A DNA stretch of 64,000 nt from Acidobacteriota bacterium (GCA_039933785.1 JBDTNL010000009.1:8964-72963), one strand, 5' to 3'; shown: positions 9,947 through 21,282, numbered from the stretch's first letter. Program-made: numbers and translations. Notes: generated by a model from the sequence alone, not told the origin.

Positions 9947-12727
9947 TTACGGTTTCGGCAATTCGGTCAGATCCCCGGCGACCACCAGGTTCATCTGTGC
10001 AGGGTGCATGTGCGCCTGGATGGCAGCGTTCACCTGCTCGCGGGTGACCTTGCGGATGCGGTTCGGGAATTCGTCGAGATAGGCAGGCCCGTAGCCGAAC
10101 TTCTCGGCCGTGGCGAGTGCCGTCGCGACCCCGGCGTTGTTGCCCAGGCGGACCTGGAAGTTGCCGGCGAAGTAACTCTTTTGCACTGCAACCTCGTCTT
10201 CGGTGATGCCTTCCCGGCAGTACTTTTCGATCTCGTCGCGCGTCGAATGCAACGCCTTGGCGAGATTTGCCGGCGCGACTGCGACGCTGACCTCCCAGAA
10301 TCCGTCCAGGAAGTCCGTCAGGAGGAACCGCGAGGACAGGTTATAGGACAAGCCCTCCGTGTCGCGCACCCGCACGCCCAGGCGCGAGGACATTCCGGAT
10401 TGGCCGAGCGCCGCGTTGGCGAGGAGCGCCGCGTCGTAGTCGGGATCGTTGCGGCGAAGGCCGCTCGCGAAGCCGAACATGAGGGTCATGTTGGCCTTTC
10501 CCGGGATGGTTTCAATCGACGACTGCGCCTTGCCGGGGCTCACTCGCGCGGTCGAAGGGGTAGGTCGCGTGCCCTTGGGCAAGGCGCCGAACAGCGCCGC
10601 GACGTCGCGGGCCACGGCCTTCGAGTCGACATCGCCCACCACGGTGAGGATCAGGCTTGACCCGACATAGCGCTGCTGATGAAACGAGCGCAGCTCCGCG
10701 ACCGTGGCGCGCTCGAGACTCGAGACCTGCTCCTTGGCCGAGGGGGCGTGGTTGGGGTGGCCTTCGGGGAAGATCAACCGCTGCAGTTTTTGAATCGCCC
10801 GATCGTCGGTGTCGTCGTCCGAGAGCAAGATGGCGTTCTTTTCCTCTGCCTTCGCCTTCCCGAGCTCGTCCTCACTCCAGGCGGGCTCCTCGAGCTCCTC
10901 GGCCAGCACTCCAAGCAGGAGATGGGTGTCGCGCGACAGGCCGCCGCCCGCGATCGCGATCTCGGTGCCACGGTTGGTGAGTGCGAGGCGCGCCCCGGCG
11001 CCGTCGAGCTGCGCCGCCAGGACCTGCTTGTCGCGGTGCTTGGTGCCGCGTTGCACCATGTCGGCGGCGAGTTGGGGTAGCGCCGGATGTCCGGAGGGCG
11101 CCGTTACATCGCCGGCCAGCAGCACCCCGCCCACGGCAACGGTCGGTACTTGATGATTCTCGACTATGTCCAGGATGATGCCGTTCGCCAGCACCTTGTG
11201 GAGAGTGCGCGCGGCGAAGGTCGTCGAGGGCACGGTTGCCACGGCGGCGGCCGGCGCTGGGGTCGAAGTCGCCTGCGGACTTGCCGCCGTGCCCGGTGGC
11301 GAGTCTGGGGCCGGGCTCGTGGCTGCGGCCGCCGCCGCGACAGGCGCGGTCTCGGCCGCCGTGGGGACGAACCAGCCCACGGTGGCGTGATCGGCTACGA
11401 GGTACGTCCTAGCGACGCGTTGCACGTCGGACGCGCTCACCGCCTTCAGCATGTCGACGTAACCCAGGAACCACTTCCAGTTTGCAGAAGCCACGGCCTC
11501 GCCGAGCGACTGCGCGAACGGGTAGGCGCCGTCGCGGCTACGAATGATGCCGACCTCGATCTGCCGCTTGGCGCGCTCGAGCTCGGTCGTGGTGACGCCC
11601 TCGCTCACCACCTTGGCGAGCGCGGCTTTCAATGCATCCTCGACCTGCTGCTGCGTCTTCCCGTCGCCGACCGTCGCCTGCACCATGAATGGGTAGGGAT
11701 CGCGCAGGGTCTGGTTCCAGGCCGCGGCGTCGGACGCGAGGCCGGTCTCGACCAGGGCCTGATGCAGGCGCGAGTTGATCCCGTCGCCGAGGATCTCAGC
11801 GAGCACGTCGAGCGGAATGAAGTCCGGGTGCAGCGCGCCCGGACGGATGTAGCCGATCTGCACCACGCCGACCTGCCCCGGACGCTTGACCAGCGTGCGC
11901 CGTTCGCCCTCCTGTGGCGGCTCGACCGTGATCACCTGTGGAATCGGATGGCTCGAGCGCGGCAGCGCGCCGAACTGTTGATCGAAGAGCGCCAGGGCCG
12001 CTGCTGGATCGAAGTCGCCGACCAGGATGGCCTCGGAATTGTCCGGCCAGAAGAAATCGCGATAGTGCTGGCGCAAGGTGTCCGTGGAAACCCCCTCGAT
12101 ATCCGAGCGGTAGCCGACGGTCGACCAGTGGTAGGGATGCGCCTGGATGGCTGTCGCCACCACCTCCTTGTCGAGCGCCTCGTACGGACTGTTCTCACCG
12201 ATCTCGTATTCGTTGCGCACCACGGTCATCTCGGGGCGCCGTTCCTCGTCCAGAATCAGGCCCCGCGCGAGCCGGTCGGCTTCGATCCGCATGGCGAGCT
12301 CGAGCTTGTCCGACGGCAGCGTCGAGTAGCCGTTCATGCGATCGAACCAGGTCGTCATGTTGGTGGTTGAGAAGTCCGCACCGGCCTCGAAGAGGACTTC
12401 CTGGAACGTCTTGTGGCCCTTGGCGCGGCCGAAGTTCTCGGTGCTCTTGTTGAACAGCATGTGCTCCAGGAGATGCGCCGAACCGGTGTTGCCCGGCGCC
12501 TCGTTGCGCGAGCCCACGTGGTAGACGACGAGGAAGGTGAACACCGGAGCGGCGTGGTTCGGCGCCAGCAGCAGGGTCATCCCATTGCTCTTGAGGCGGT
12601 ATTGCGTGACCCCCTGGAGCGAGTCGAGCTGTTCGACGTTCGCCGGGAGGATGGTCGCGGCCGAGGCCGTGAGCGGGAGCGCGAGTAGGGCGGAGAGAAC
12701 GAGGAGCGTGGACGAACGACGCGACAT
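9947..12727 (-). CDS. M16 family (pitrilysin-like) zinc peptidase, exported, two-half architecture
   Basis: Signal peptide, GSRNE..GNTGSAHLLEH (HxxEH), Ala/Pro linker, second M16 half with SRL..RVR..EGLSY. Confidence 0.9.
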   Translation of the reverse strand: MSRRSSTLLVLSALLALPLTASAATILPANVEQLDSLQGVTQYRLKSNGMTLLLAPNHAAPVFTFLVVYHVGSRNEAPGNTGSAHLLEHMLFNKSTENFGRAKGHKTFQEVLFEAGADFSTTNMTTWFDRMNGYSTLPSDKLELAMRIEADRLARGLILDEERRPEMTVVRNEYEIGENSPYEALDKEVVATAIQAHPYHWSTVGYRSDIEGVSTDTLRQHYRDFFWPDNSEAILVGDFDPAAALALFDQQFGALPRSSHPIPQVITVEPPQEGERRTLVKRPGQVGVVQIGYIRPGALHPDFIPLDVLAEILGDGINSRLHQALVETGLASDAAAWNQTLRDPYPFMVQATVGDGKTQQQVEDALKAALAKVVSEGVTTTELERAKRQIEVGIIRSRDGAYPFAQSLGEAVASANWKWFLGYVDMLKAVSASDVQRVARTYLVADHATVGWFVPTAAETAPVAAAAAATSPAPDSPPGTAASPQATSTPAPAAAVATVPSTTFAARTLHKVLANGIILDIVENHQVPTVAVGGVLLAGDVTAPSGHPALPQLAADMVQRGTKHRDKQVLAAQLDGAGARLALTNRGTEIAIAGGGLSRDTHLLLGVLAEELEEPAWSEDELGKAKAEEKNAILLSDDDTDDRAIQKLQRLIFPEGHPNHAPSAKEQVSSLERATVAELRSFHQQRYVGSSLILTVVGDVDSKAVARDVAALFGALPKGTRPTPSTARVSPGKAQSSIETIPGKANMTLMFGFASGLRRNDPDYDAALLANAALGQSGMSSRLGVRVRDTEGLSYNLSSRFLLTDFLDGFWEVSVAVAPANLAKALHSTRDEIEKYCREGITEDEVAVQKSYFAGNFQVRLGNNAGVATALATAEKFGYGPAYLDEFPNRIRKVTREQVNAAIQAHMHPAQMNLVVAGDLTELPKP

Positions 12728-12809
12728 GGGGCGGTCTCCTTGCGGGGTTCGCGGACAGCCTACGCGAGAATCTAGCCTGCCGGCAGAGCCCCGGGCCGAA
12801 CCGGCAGGC

Positions 12810-13706
12810 TCAGAAACGGACGATCGCAGGCTTGATTAACGCCCGCCCGACGATGCCGAGCTTTTGCGGCAGAGACAGCCGCACGCGGCCGTGGAACACG
12901 TCGTAGCGGCGCCGCACGATCTCGTCGAGCACGCCGACGTAGACCGCCCCGAGCAGAGCCACGGTGCGCGCGGCGTCGGGTTCGACTTCGCCAGGCAGCG
13001 GCGAAGCCGCGAGGAAATTGCCACGCGCGCGCTCGGCCTGAAAAGCGAGCAACTGGCGCACGCCCGGCGCCTCGAGGCCGCGGCGGAGCGCGCCTTCGTC
13101 GACGCCGAAGCGCTGCAACTCTTCCTGCGGCAGATACACGCGATCGCGGCCGAGATCCTCGTCGACGTCGCGCAGAATGTTGGTGAGCTGCAGGCCCATG
13201 GCGAGGTGTCGCCCATGCTCGTGCGCCGCGGGGGTGAGCGGGCCGAAGATCGCAAGCGAGATCTCGCTGATCGAGACCGCCACTTCGCGACAGTACTGCT
13301 CGAGATCGGCAAAGGTCGAATAGCGGGTCTGCACGAGATCGCGACGGCAGCCGGCGATCAGATCGGCGAATCCCTGCCGCGGAATCGGGAATTCCTCGAG
13401 CGCGGCGGCGAGGGCTCGCGAGACCACGTGTCGCGGTACGCCCGAGTACGTGCGTTCGAGCTCAGCTTCCCAGGCATCGAGCGCCGCCGGCCGGTCTTCG
13501 ATGCCCTCCTCGTCCGCGAGGTCGTCGGCCCAGCGGCAGAACGCATACGCCGCGTACACGGCGTCGCGCTTGGGCTGGGGCAGAAAACGAAAGCCGATCG
13601 AGAAGTTGGCGCCCCGGCTATGGGTGAGGTCGCGGACAAAAGCGCGATCGGCGGCGATCGTCGCGGCGAGAGCGGGCAGCTCCTCCCGCGGTATGGAAGC
13701 CGGCAT
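12810..13706 (-). CDS. Squalene/phytoene synthase family protein (HpnD/CrtB-like); alternative start 13715
   Basis: YAFCRWADDLAD, YC..VA, LQLTNILRDVDEDLGRDRVYLP motifs. Confidence 0.88.
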   Translation of the reverse strand: MPASIPREELPALAATIAADRAFVRDLTHSRGANFSIGFRFLPQPKRDAVYAAYAFCRWADDLADEEGIEDRPAALDAWEAELERTYSGVPRHVVSRALAAALEEFPIPRQGFADLIAGCRRDLVQTRYSTFADLEQYCREVAVSISEISLAIFGPLTPAAHEHGRHLAMGLQLTNILRDVDEDLGRDRVYLPQEELQRFGVDEGALRRGLEAPGVRQLLAFQAERARGNFLAASPLPGEVEPDAARTVALLGAVYVGVLDEIVRRRYDVFHGRVRLSLPQKLGIVGRALIKPAIVRF

Positions 13707-13762
13707 GGGCGGCATCTTACCGGCTGGGCGACGTGGCGGAAGAGCTTCCGCGGTGAGCTCCG

Positions 13763-14941
13763 CTAGATTCTGGTGCCGCCGATCTCTCCCAACTCCTGAG
13801 TCGCTTCAACCTTGCCCTGAGGCGGGCGGCACCAATGCCCTGGCAGGGCGTGGCGGCAAGGGGTATGGCGCCGCCAAGCGCGCTCGACGAACGGAAACAG
13901 CAGGCGCTTCCAGAGCGCGAAGCGGTGCCATTTCGCGAGGTAGGAATCGAAATCGCCGCGCGCGGCAAGGCGGGTGAACAAACCGAGCCCGAAATTGCCC
14001 CCGCGCTCGTACAGAAAACGGTTGACCAGACTGGTGCGCTGCTTGCGCTGCAGGCCTTGTTCCCAGAGCTCATCGAAGGAAGAGCCGTTCAGGAGCGCGC
14101 GTGCAGCGAAGCCGCCGCTGGTGATCGCGTAGCGGATGCCGAGGCCGAACAGGTAGTCCTGAAAGCCGGCCGCCTCGCCAGCGTAGAGCGTGGCGCCGAT
14201 CGATGCCGTGCTCTTGAGCGTGAAGTTCATGTAGGAATAGGCGGTTCTTGCGTCTTGCGGAACGAACGACTCGATTTCCTGAAAGCGCCGCAGGCAGGCC
14301 TCGTAGCGCTCGTCGATCGACTTGAAGTCGGCCACGATCGCCGCGCCGTAGGTGGCGAAACCGTGGCGGACGAAGAGGTAGGCATAGCCGCCCGGAGCGA
14401 GCCGCTGATCAAACAGCACCCAGGTGCGATCCGAGAGCGTGGTGTTGAAGGTCATCTCGCGCGCCAACCCATCGCACGCTGCCGGACCGGTGGCCGCGAT
14501 ATCCACGTCTCCTGGCTTGAGGCGCGAGCCGAAGCGGATCTCGGCTCCGGCCTCTTGCGCCTGCGCGAGGAGGCCGCGATCGAGGGTGCCGTCGGTCGGC
14601 CCGCGGCGGAGAAAGTAGCCGTATGGACGGCTGGACTTGACCGGTCGCGCGCGCAGCTTGTGGTCGAACAGGACGGCGTCGTTCGCCGGCTCAAAATCGA
14701 AGTTGATCTCGATTCCGAGCTCCTGCAGGAGCTCGGTTGCATCCCGCGCTTCGCTCGAATTCTCGAGCACCTGGAAGTCGCCGATGAAGCGGTGTCCGAC
14801 GCGGTCGCGCGCCTCGTGCACTTCGACCGCGCGGCCGGCGCGGGCGAGAACGATCGCGGCGGTCAACCCGGCAGGCCCGGCGCCCGCAATGCGCAGCGGA
14901 CGACCTCGGTCTGAACCGCTGCCGCGAACCGTTTTCGACAA
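13763..14941 (-). CDS. FAD-dependent oxidoreductase (geranylgeranyl reductase-like)
   Basis: GAGPAG Rossmann motif, GGYAYLF, GEAAG..D.LFG.GIRYAI.SG motif. Confidence 0.75.
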   Translation of the reverse strand: MSKTVRGSGSDRGRPLRIAGAGPAGLTAAIVLARAGRAVEVHEARDRVGHRFIGDFQVLENSSEARDATELLQELGIEINFDFEPANDAVLFDHKLRARPVKSSRPYGYFLRRGPTDGTLDRGLLAQAQEAGAEIRFGSRLKPGDVDIAATGPAACDGLAREMTFNTTLSDRTWVLFDQRLAPGGYAYLFVRHGFATYGAAIVADFKSIDERYEACLRRFQEIESFVPQDARTAYSYMNFTLKSTASIGATLYAGEAAGFQDYLFGLGIRYAITSGGFAARALLNGSSFDELWEQGLQRKQRTSLVNRFLYERGGNFGLGLFTRLAARGDFDSYLAKWHRFALWKRLLFPFVERAWRRHTPCRHALPGHWCRPPQGKVEATQELGEIGGTRI

Positions 14942-14950
14942 GACGGCCTG

Positions 14951-15283
14951 CTACTGCGGTGGCGGCGAGGACTCGCCGGAGGCGGGCTGCGGTTCGGTGC
15001 CGTTGGCGATCGCCTGGCGATCGGCTTCGTACTGCTTGACCGCGTCCTCTTTTTCCTTGTCGGTGGTGGCGTTGGTCGTCGCGTCCTGCAGGCGCTGTGC
15101 AGCGGCCGCGGCGCGATCCGAGGCTTGCTGCGTGACGTTGCGCGCGGTCGAGGCCTCGGCCGCGGCCACGTTGGTCCCCGCGCTTCCGCCATGGTCGACG
15201 CGCTTCTCGTTGCAGGCGCTGAGCGACAAGACGGCGAGGGCCAGAGCGGCAGGCGCGATGAATCGGTAGCGAAGCTCGGTCAT
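14951..15283 (-). CDS. Small lipoprotein of unknown function
   Basis: Hydrophobic signal ending in LSAC lipobox; GAGG RBS. Confidence 0.7.
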   Translation of the reverse strand: MTELRYRFIAPAALALAVLSLSACNEKRVDHGGSAGTNVAAAEASTARNVTQQASDRAAAAAQRLQDATTNATTDKEKEDAVKQYEADRQAIANGTEPQPASGESSPPPQ

Positions 15284-15349
15284 GGGAATCCTCCCTCAGG
15301 TTTGCCGGGTGCGTCTCGCATCGTAGCGCAGGCGCCGGCGCGCGGTCAC

Positions 15350-16297
15350 TCAGGTGAAGAAATAGCGCGTCAGATGAAACAACACCGGCGCCGCGAAGCA
15401 CAGCGAGTCGATGCGGTCGAGAATCCCGCCGTGCCCCTCGATCAACGCGCCGTAGTCCTTGATCCCGCGGTCGCGCTTGATCGCCGACATGGTGAGACCG
15501 CCGGCGAAACCCAGCAGGCAGATGAGCAGCGAGATGCCGGCGGCCTGGCGCGGAGTGAAAGGTGTCAGGCGCCAAAGCGCGGTGCCGAGCAGGGTGGCGC
15601 TCAGCACGCCGCCGATGAACCCCTCCCAGGTCTTGTTGGGGCTCACGTCCGGAGCGATCTTGTGCTTGCCGAGGAGCTTGCCCCAGATGTACTGGAGCAC
15701 ATCGGAGAGCTGTACGACGACGATCAGAAAGAGCAGCAGGCGCGCGCCGTGCCCCTCGTGGCCGGGAATCTCGAGCATCAGCAGCGCCGGCGCGTGGCTC
15801 ACGCAATAGACGCAAACCATCAAGCCCCACTGGATCTTGGCGGTGCGTTCGAGGAAGCGCTCGGTGTCGCCGGAGAGCGCGCTGCGGATCGGAACGAACA
15901 AGAACGCGTAGACCGGAATGAGGATGCTCCACAGACCGTACCAGCCGATTCCGATCAGTACGTACTGAAGCGGCGTGATGACGAAGAACGTCCAGAAGAG
16001 CGTCGCGTGATCACCGCGCCGAGTGGGTGTGATGGTGATGAATTCCCGCAGCGCCAGGAGCGACAGCAGGCCGAAGAGGACGGTCGCAGTGACACTTCCG
16101 AAGAGCAGCGCCGCGGCCAGCACTGCCGCCATCACCCACCAGGCCTTGATGCGCGCATTGGCGTTCGCCACCGTCGCGCGCCCAGATTCCGACCGGATGG
16201 TGCGGGCGAGGATGGCGCCGGTGATCGACGCCATCGTGAGCAGGCCGAGCACGCCGGCGAAGCTCCACAGCAGCTCCGGATCGAGGTTGGCGATCAT
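15350..16297 (-). CDS. Phosphatidate cytidylyltransferase (CdsA/YnbB-like)
   Basis: SPNKTWEG and SAIKRDRGIKDYG.LI.GHGGILDRIDS signature. Confidence 0.92.
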   Translation of the reverse strand: MIANLDPELLWSFAGVLGLLTMASITGAILARTIRSESGRATVANANARIKAWWVMAAVLAAALLFGSVTATVLFGLLSLLALREFITITPTRRGDHATLFWTFFVITPLQYVLIGIGWYGLWSILIPVYAFLFVPIRSALSGDTERFLERTAKIQWGLMVCVYCVSHAPALLMLEIPGHEGHGARLLLFLIVVVQLSDVLQYIWGKLLGKHKIAPDVSPNKTWEGFIGGVLSATLLGTALWRLTPFTPRQAAGISLLICLLGFAGGLTMSAIKRDRGIKDYGALIEGHGGILDRIDSLCFAAPVLFHLTRYFFT

Positions 16298-16965
16298 GCT
16301 CTGCGCAGAGCGACGATCGCCGCGCGCGCCCGCTCGAGAAACGCGTCGCGCGCTTCCCCTGCGGCGAGTCGAAGCGGCGATCCAAACGTGGCGGTGGCGA
16401 GCAGTGGCACGGGTAGGAATTCTCCTTTGGGCAGGATGCGGCCGAGATTCTCGAGATAGACCGGAACCAGCTCGAGAGTCGGCTTCGCCTTGGCAAGGTA
16501 GTAGAGGCCGCTCTTGAAGCGCGCCGGCTCCTCACCGCTGCCGCGCGTGCCCTCGGGGAAGAGGATGACCGAGAATTCGACGCTCATCTCGGCGAGCGTC
16601 GCCTCGACCACGGCGCGGGCTCGCGCCATACGCTCGGCATCGGATGACTGCGCGGCTGGCGTCGCCCGATCGATCAGCACCGCGCGAAAGACGCGCTGCG
16701 AGAGAAAGCGTCGGACGGCCGACTTCACCCAATAGTCCCGCGCGGCGATGGGTCGAGCGACGGCGCGCCAGCTGCGTGGCAGCGCGGCCCAGATCACCAC
16801 GGGATCGAGGTGGCTCGTGTGATTGGCGAAGAAGATGCACTGGCGTCCAGGCGGGCTTCCTGGCCCGGGACCGACCCAGCGGGCCCCGGCGCCGCAGATC
16901 AAGCGCACGGCCGTCGCCAGCGGCCCCGCGAGCCAATGCGGTGCAGGCGCCGTGAACTCGCTCAT
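16294..16965 (-). CDS. Lysophospholipid/1-acylglycerol-3-phosphate acyltransferase (PlsC family)
   Basis: NHTSHLD and FPEGTR motifs; ATGA overlaps with both neighbours. Confidence 0.9.
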   Translation of the reverse strand: MSEFTAPAPHWLAGPLATAVRLICGAGARWVGPGPGSPPGRQCIFFANHTSHLDPVVIWAALPRSWRAVARPIAARDYWVKSAVRRFLSQRVFRAVLIDRATPAAQSSDAERMARARAVVEATLAEMSVEFSVILFPEGTRGSGEEPARFKSGLYYLAKAKPTLELVPVYLENLGRILPKGEFLPVPLLATATFGSPLRLAAGEARDAFLERARAAIVALRRA

Positions 16966-17648
16966 GCGGCTTTGAGCACCGCCGCGATCCGATAGAGGCG
17001 CCGTGCGATGGTGACCGCACAGCCGAGCACGACGAGACCGAGCGCCGCGGCGAGCCCCCGGGGCGGCAGCGCCAGAGCTCGCTCGCCCGCGGCGAGCAAG
17101 CACGCGACGGTCATGGTGGCCATGCGGTGCGGCTTGGCCATCGGCCCGAGGAAGCACTGGCCCGCGCCGGCTTCTGCGCCGAGCACCCGCACGTAGGCGG
17201 TCAGCAATGCGAGCGCCGCTGCCAGCCAGCCGAGCTCGACGGCGTGCGGCACGGTCGTCGTCCCGTAGCCGACGCCGAGCAACACGAGGACGTCGGCGAG
17301 CCGATCCGGCAGGTCGTTGTAGAGATTTCCAAGCGGCCCGCCCATGCCGCCTTCGACAGCCACCATCCCGTCCATGAGATTGCACAACAGCCGGATCTGG
17401 ATGCCCGCGGCCGCCACGAGGTAGAGGGCGACTGCAGTTGCCATGGACTCGGTTCGCGCGGCACAAACGAGCGCGACACCGCTCCCGCCGGCCGCGACCA
17501 CGCTCAGCACGGAGATCGCGTTGGGCGACACCCGCCAACGCACGAGCGCTCGCGACAGCGCCGCGGCCCAGGCGGTGTCGCGCGAGGACAGCGGCCGCCG
17601 GGCGCCCGGCTTGGCGGCGCTGGGCGGCTTGGCTGGCGATCCGTTCAC
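16962..17648 (-). CDS. CDP-alcohol phosphatidyltransferase family protein (YnbA-like)
   Basis: SPNAIS, NLMDGMVA...G.LYNDLPDRLAD motif, GPMAK..R. Confidence 0.88.
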   Translation of the reverse strand: MNGSPAKPPSAAKPGARRPLSSRDTAWAAALSRALVRWRVSPNAISVLSVVAAGGSGVALVCAARTESMATAVALYLVAAAGIQIRLLCNLMDGMVAVEGGMGGPLGNLYNDLPDRLADVLVLLGVGYGTTTVPHAVELGWLAAALALLTAYVRVLGAEAGAGQCFLGPMAKPHRMATMTVACLLAAGERALALPPRGLAAALGLVVLGCAVTIARRLYRIAAVLKAA

Positions 17649-18829
17649 GCCAGCAGCCGCAGCAACTCGCCTTGCGGCGCGGCGCCGGTGATCTCGGCGG
17701 CATCCGGGCGCAGCAGGATGTTGATCTCGGAGCGCACGCCGAAGTCGCCGGCGAAATAGATTCCGGGCTCGATCGAGAAGCAGGTCATGGCGATCAGTGG
17801 CCGAGTGTCGTGGGTCTCGAGATTGTCCATGTTGGCGCCCGGGCCGTGATCGGTGGTGTGAATCGAGTGACCGGTGCGGTGTATGAACTGACTGCCATAA
17901 CCCGCGGCTTCGATCACCGCGCGCGCCGCGTCGTCGACTTCGAAGCCGCGCACCATCTGCTGCGGGTAGCGCTCCTCAACGAGCTTGGCGCCGGCGTCGC
18001 GTGCGGCGGTGCAGACGCCCCAGACCTGGGCCTGGCGATCGGTGGGTGCGCCGGCGCACACGCCGCACCAGCAGATGTCGGCGTAGACGCTTCCCGGCAG
18101 GCTCTCCTTGGCCCAGAGATCGATGAGCAGGAAGTCACCTCGACGAATGGGCTGCGAGAGCTCGGCGTTCGGGATGTAGTGCGGATCGGCGCTGTTGGCG
18201 TTCACACCCACGATCGGCGCGTCCTCGGCGATCAGATGCTCTTGGGCGAACGCGTTGGTGATGAACTGCTGGACCTCGAACTCCGAGATCGCGCGTCCGG
18301 CCCGCAGCGCATCGCCGGTAAACGCGAAGGCCTCCTTCACGATGCGATGCAGATGCACGTTGGCTCGACGATGACCGGCCGCCTGCTCGGGCGTCCAGAC
18401 GGCGGCGAAGCGCTGCACCAGATCGGCCGCTGAGATCAGTTCGCAGCCCGCCGCCCGGAGGGTCTCGGCGGTCCCCGCATCGAGTCGCGAGACCGCCGGC
18501 AGCTCGTTTCTAGGGCTGTACTGCGCGGCCAACCGTTTGCATCCCGCGACCAGGGCCGTAAGTCCCGCCGCGTGCTCGGCCCAGCGGGTGTAAAGCACCT
18601 TCTTGCCCGGCAAGTGGTCGAGCATCGCCGGCTCGAGGCCGTGCGAGAGCTTGCTCGGCTCGCCCGTCCGCGGCACCAGGTAGTAGCAGCGCCGCGAGAC
18701 CAGGCGATCGCCGAGCCCGAGGAAATCCTTGCTGATCGGATCGTTCGTCTGGAAGCACATGAAGAGCCAACCGTCGAGGTCGGCTTCGGCGAGAGCGGAC
18801 TGAATGTCGGGAATGCGTTCGGCGAGCAT
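17645..18829 (-). CDS. M24 family metallopeptidase (Xaa-Pro aminopeptidase-like)
   Basis: PHY, IDLW..YAD, HRTGHSI, FSIEPGIY..GVRSE pita-bread metal ligands. Confidence 0.9.
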   Translation of the reverse strand: MLAERIPDIQSALAEADLDGWLFMCFQTNDPISKDFLGLGDRLVSRRCYYLVPRTGEPSKLSHGLEPAMLDHLPGKKVLYTRWAEHAAGLTALVAGCKRLAAQYSPRNELPAVSRLDAGTAETLRAAGCELISAADLVQRFAAVWTPEQAAGHRRANVHLHRIVKEAFAFTGDALRAGRAISEFEVQQFITNAFAQEHLIAEDAPIVGVNANSADPHYIPNAELSQPIRRGDFLLIDLWAKESLPGSVYADICWCGVCAGAPTDRQAQVWGVCTAARDAGAKLVEERYPQQMVRGFEVDDAARAVIEAAGYGSQFIHRTGHSIHTTDHGPGANMDNLETHDTRPLIAMTCFSIEPGIYFAGDFGVRSEINILLRPDAAEITGAAPQGELLRLLA

Positions 18830-18931
18830 GCTCGAGGTCTCCTGGAGGTTGCGGGGATCGTAGCAGCGCCTCGAAACCTCGTGCTATCCTCAAGCAATCA
18901 AGAGACTTCGACCTCAAGAGGAAATGTTTCC

Positions 18932-19876
18932 ATGAAGCGAATCGGCATCCTCCACGGCAAGGAAAACACCTTCCCGCCGGCGCTCATCGAGCGCATCAAT
19001 CAGCTCCGCCCGGACGGCATCGTCGCTGAGTCGGTGCGCATCGACAAGCTCGAGCAGGGCGAGCCCAGTGGCTACGCCGTGATCCTGGATCGCATTTCGC
19101 AGGACGTGCCGTTTTATCGCGCGTTCCTGAAGAACGCCGCGCTCAACGGGACCGCGGTGGTGAACAACCCCTTCTGGTGGAGCGCCGACGAGAAGTTCTT
19201 CAACAACTGCTTGGCGACCAAGGTTGGCGTCGAAGTGCCAAAGACCGTCCTGTTGCCCTCGAATCAGCATCCGCCGGACACCAGCGCCGAGTCGTTCCGC
19301 AACCTCGCGTATCCGCTCGACTGGCCGGGGATCTTCGACTACATCGGTTTCCCGGCGTACTTCAAGCCCCATTCGGGCGGTGGTTGGAAGAACGTCTACA
19401 AGTGCGAGGACGCGGCGGATTTCTTCGCCAAGTATGCGGAGACCGGCGAGCTCGTCATGCTGCTGCAGGAAGAGATCAAGTTCGACGACTACTTCCGCTG
19501 CTACTGCATCGGTGGGCGCGACGTTCTAATCATGCCGTACGAGCCGCGCAACCCGCATCACCTGCGCTACGTCGTGGATCGTCCGCCGGCGAGCGCCGCA
19601 CTACTCGAGCGGGTGCACCGCGACACCTTGAAGCTCAATCACGCACTGGGCTACGACTTCAACACCGTGGAATTCGCGGTGCGTGACGGCATTCCGATCG
19701 CGATTGATTTCTGCAACCCGGCGCCCGACGCCGACCGTCCGTCGGTGGGGGAGAAGAACTTCGCCTGGGTCCTGGATGCCGCGGCCAACATGCTGATCCG
19801 CAAGGCGCAGGAGCAAAAGGACGGTCAGAACAATTTGACCTGGGGCACGTTCGTGAAGGATTTCGCGCGCGGCTGA
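18932..19876 (+). CDS. RimK/glutathione-synthetase-like ATP-grasp amidoligase
   Basis: VVNNP...ADEKF, VPKT, GFPAYFKPHSGGGW, LLQE, NTVEF, IDFCNP; GAGG RBS before ATG 18932. Confidence 0.85.
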   Translation: MKRIGILHGKENTFPPALIERINQLRPDGIVAESVRIDKLEQGEPSGYAVILDRISQDVPFYRAFLKNAALNGTAVVNNPFWWSADEKFFNNCLATKVGVEVPKTVLLPSNQHPPDTSAESFRNLAYPLDWPGIFDYIGFPAYFKPHSGGGWKNVYKCEDAADFFAKYAETGELVMLLQEEIKFDDYFRCYCIGGRDVLIMPYEPRNPHHLRYVVDRPPASAALLERVHRDTLKLNHALGYDFNTVEFAVRDGIPIAIDFCNPAPDADRPSVGEKNFAWVLDAAANMLIRKAQEQKDGQNNLTWGTFVKDFARG

Positions 19877-19892
19877 GGAAAGGACGAGAGCC

Positions 19893-21008
<1,116 letters not shown>

Positions 21009-21034
21009 AGTCCGATATCCTTTCGAGGGCAGTT

Positions 21035-21268
21035 ATGGATCGCGAGACCGTCGACGAAATCAAGCGCCACTTTGGAATCGTGGCCGAGGACCTCCGATCC
21101 GATCTTCGGCTCCTGGCGGACGGTGTCGCCTCGCTGGCTCAATCGACGCGGGCGGAATTCAAGGGGGTGCGAGAGGAGATCGGTGAGGTCAAGGCCATGA
21201 TCCGACTTTCCTATCGCGAGTTGGACGGTCGCCTGCTAGAACGCGTCGAAGCCCGCGTGGGAAACTGA
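21035..21268 (+). CDS. Small coiled-coil hypothetical protein (77 aa)
   Basis: MDRETVDEIKRHFGIVAEDLRSD...; GAGG RBS; fills the gap between ybdK and the next gene. Confidence 0.6.
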   Translation: MDRETVDEIKRHFGIVAEDLRSDLRLLADGVASLAQSTRAEFKGVREEIGEVKAMIRLSYRELDGRLLERVEARVGN

Positions 21269-21282
21269 GCGCAGAACCGCGC

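Noticed and set aside
12774-12810. Inverted repeat AGCCTGCCGG...CCGGCAGGCT as an ncRNA or riboswitch
   Set aside because: A single hairpin right after a stop codon with no recognisable aptamer; more likely a terminator or stabiliser.
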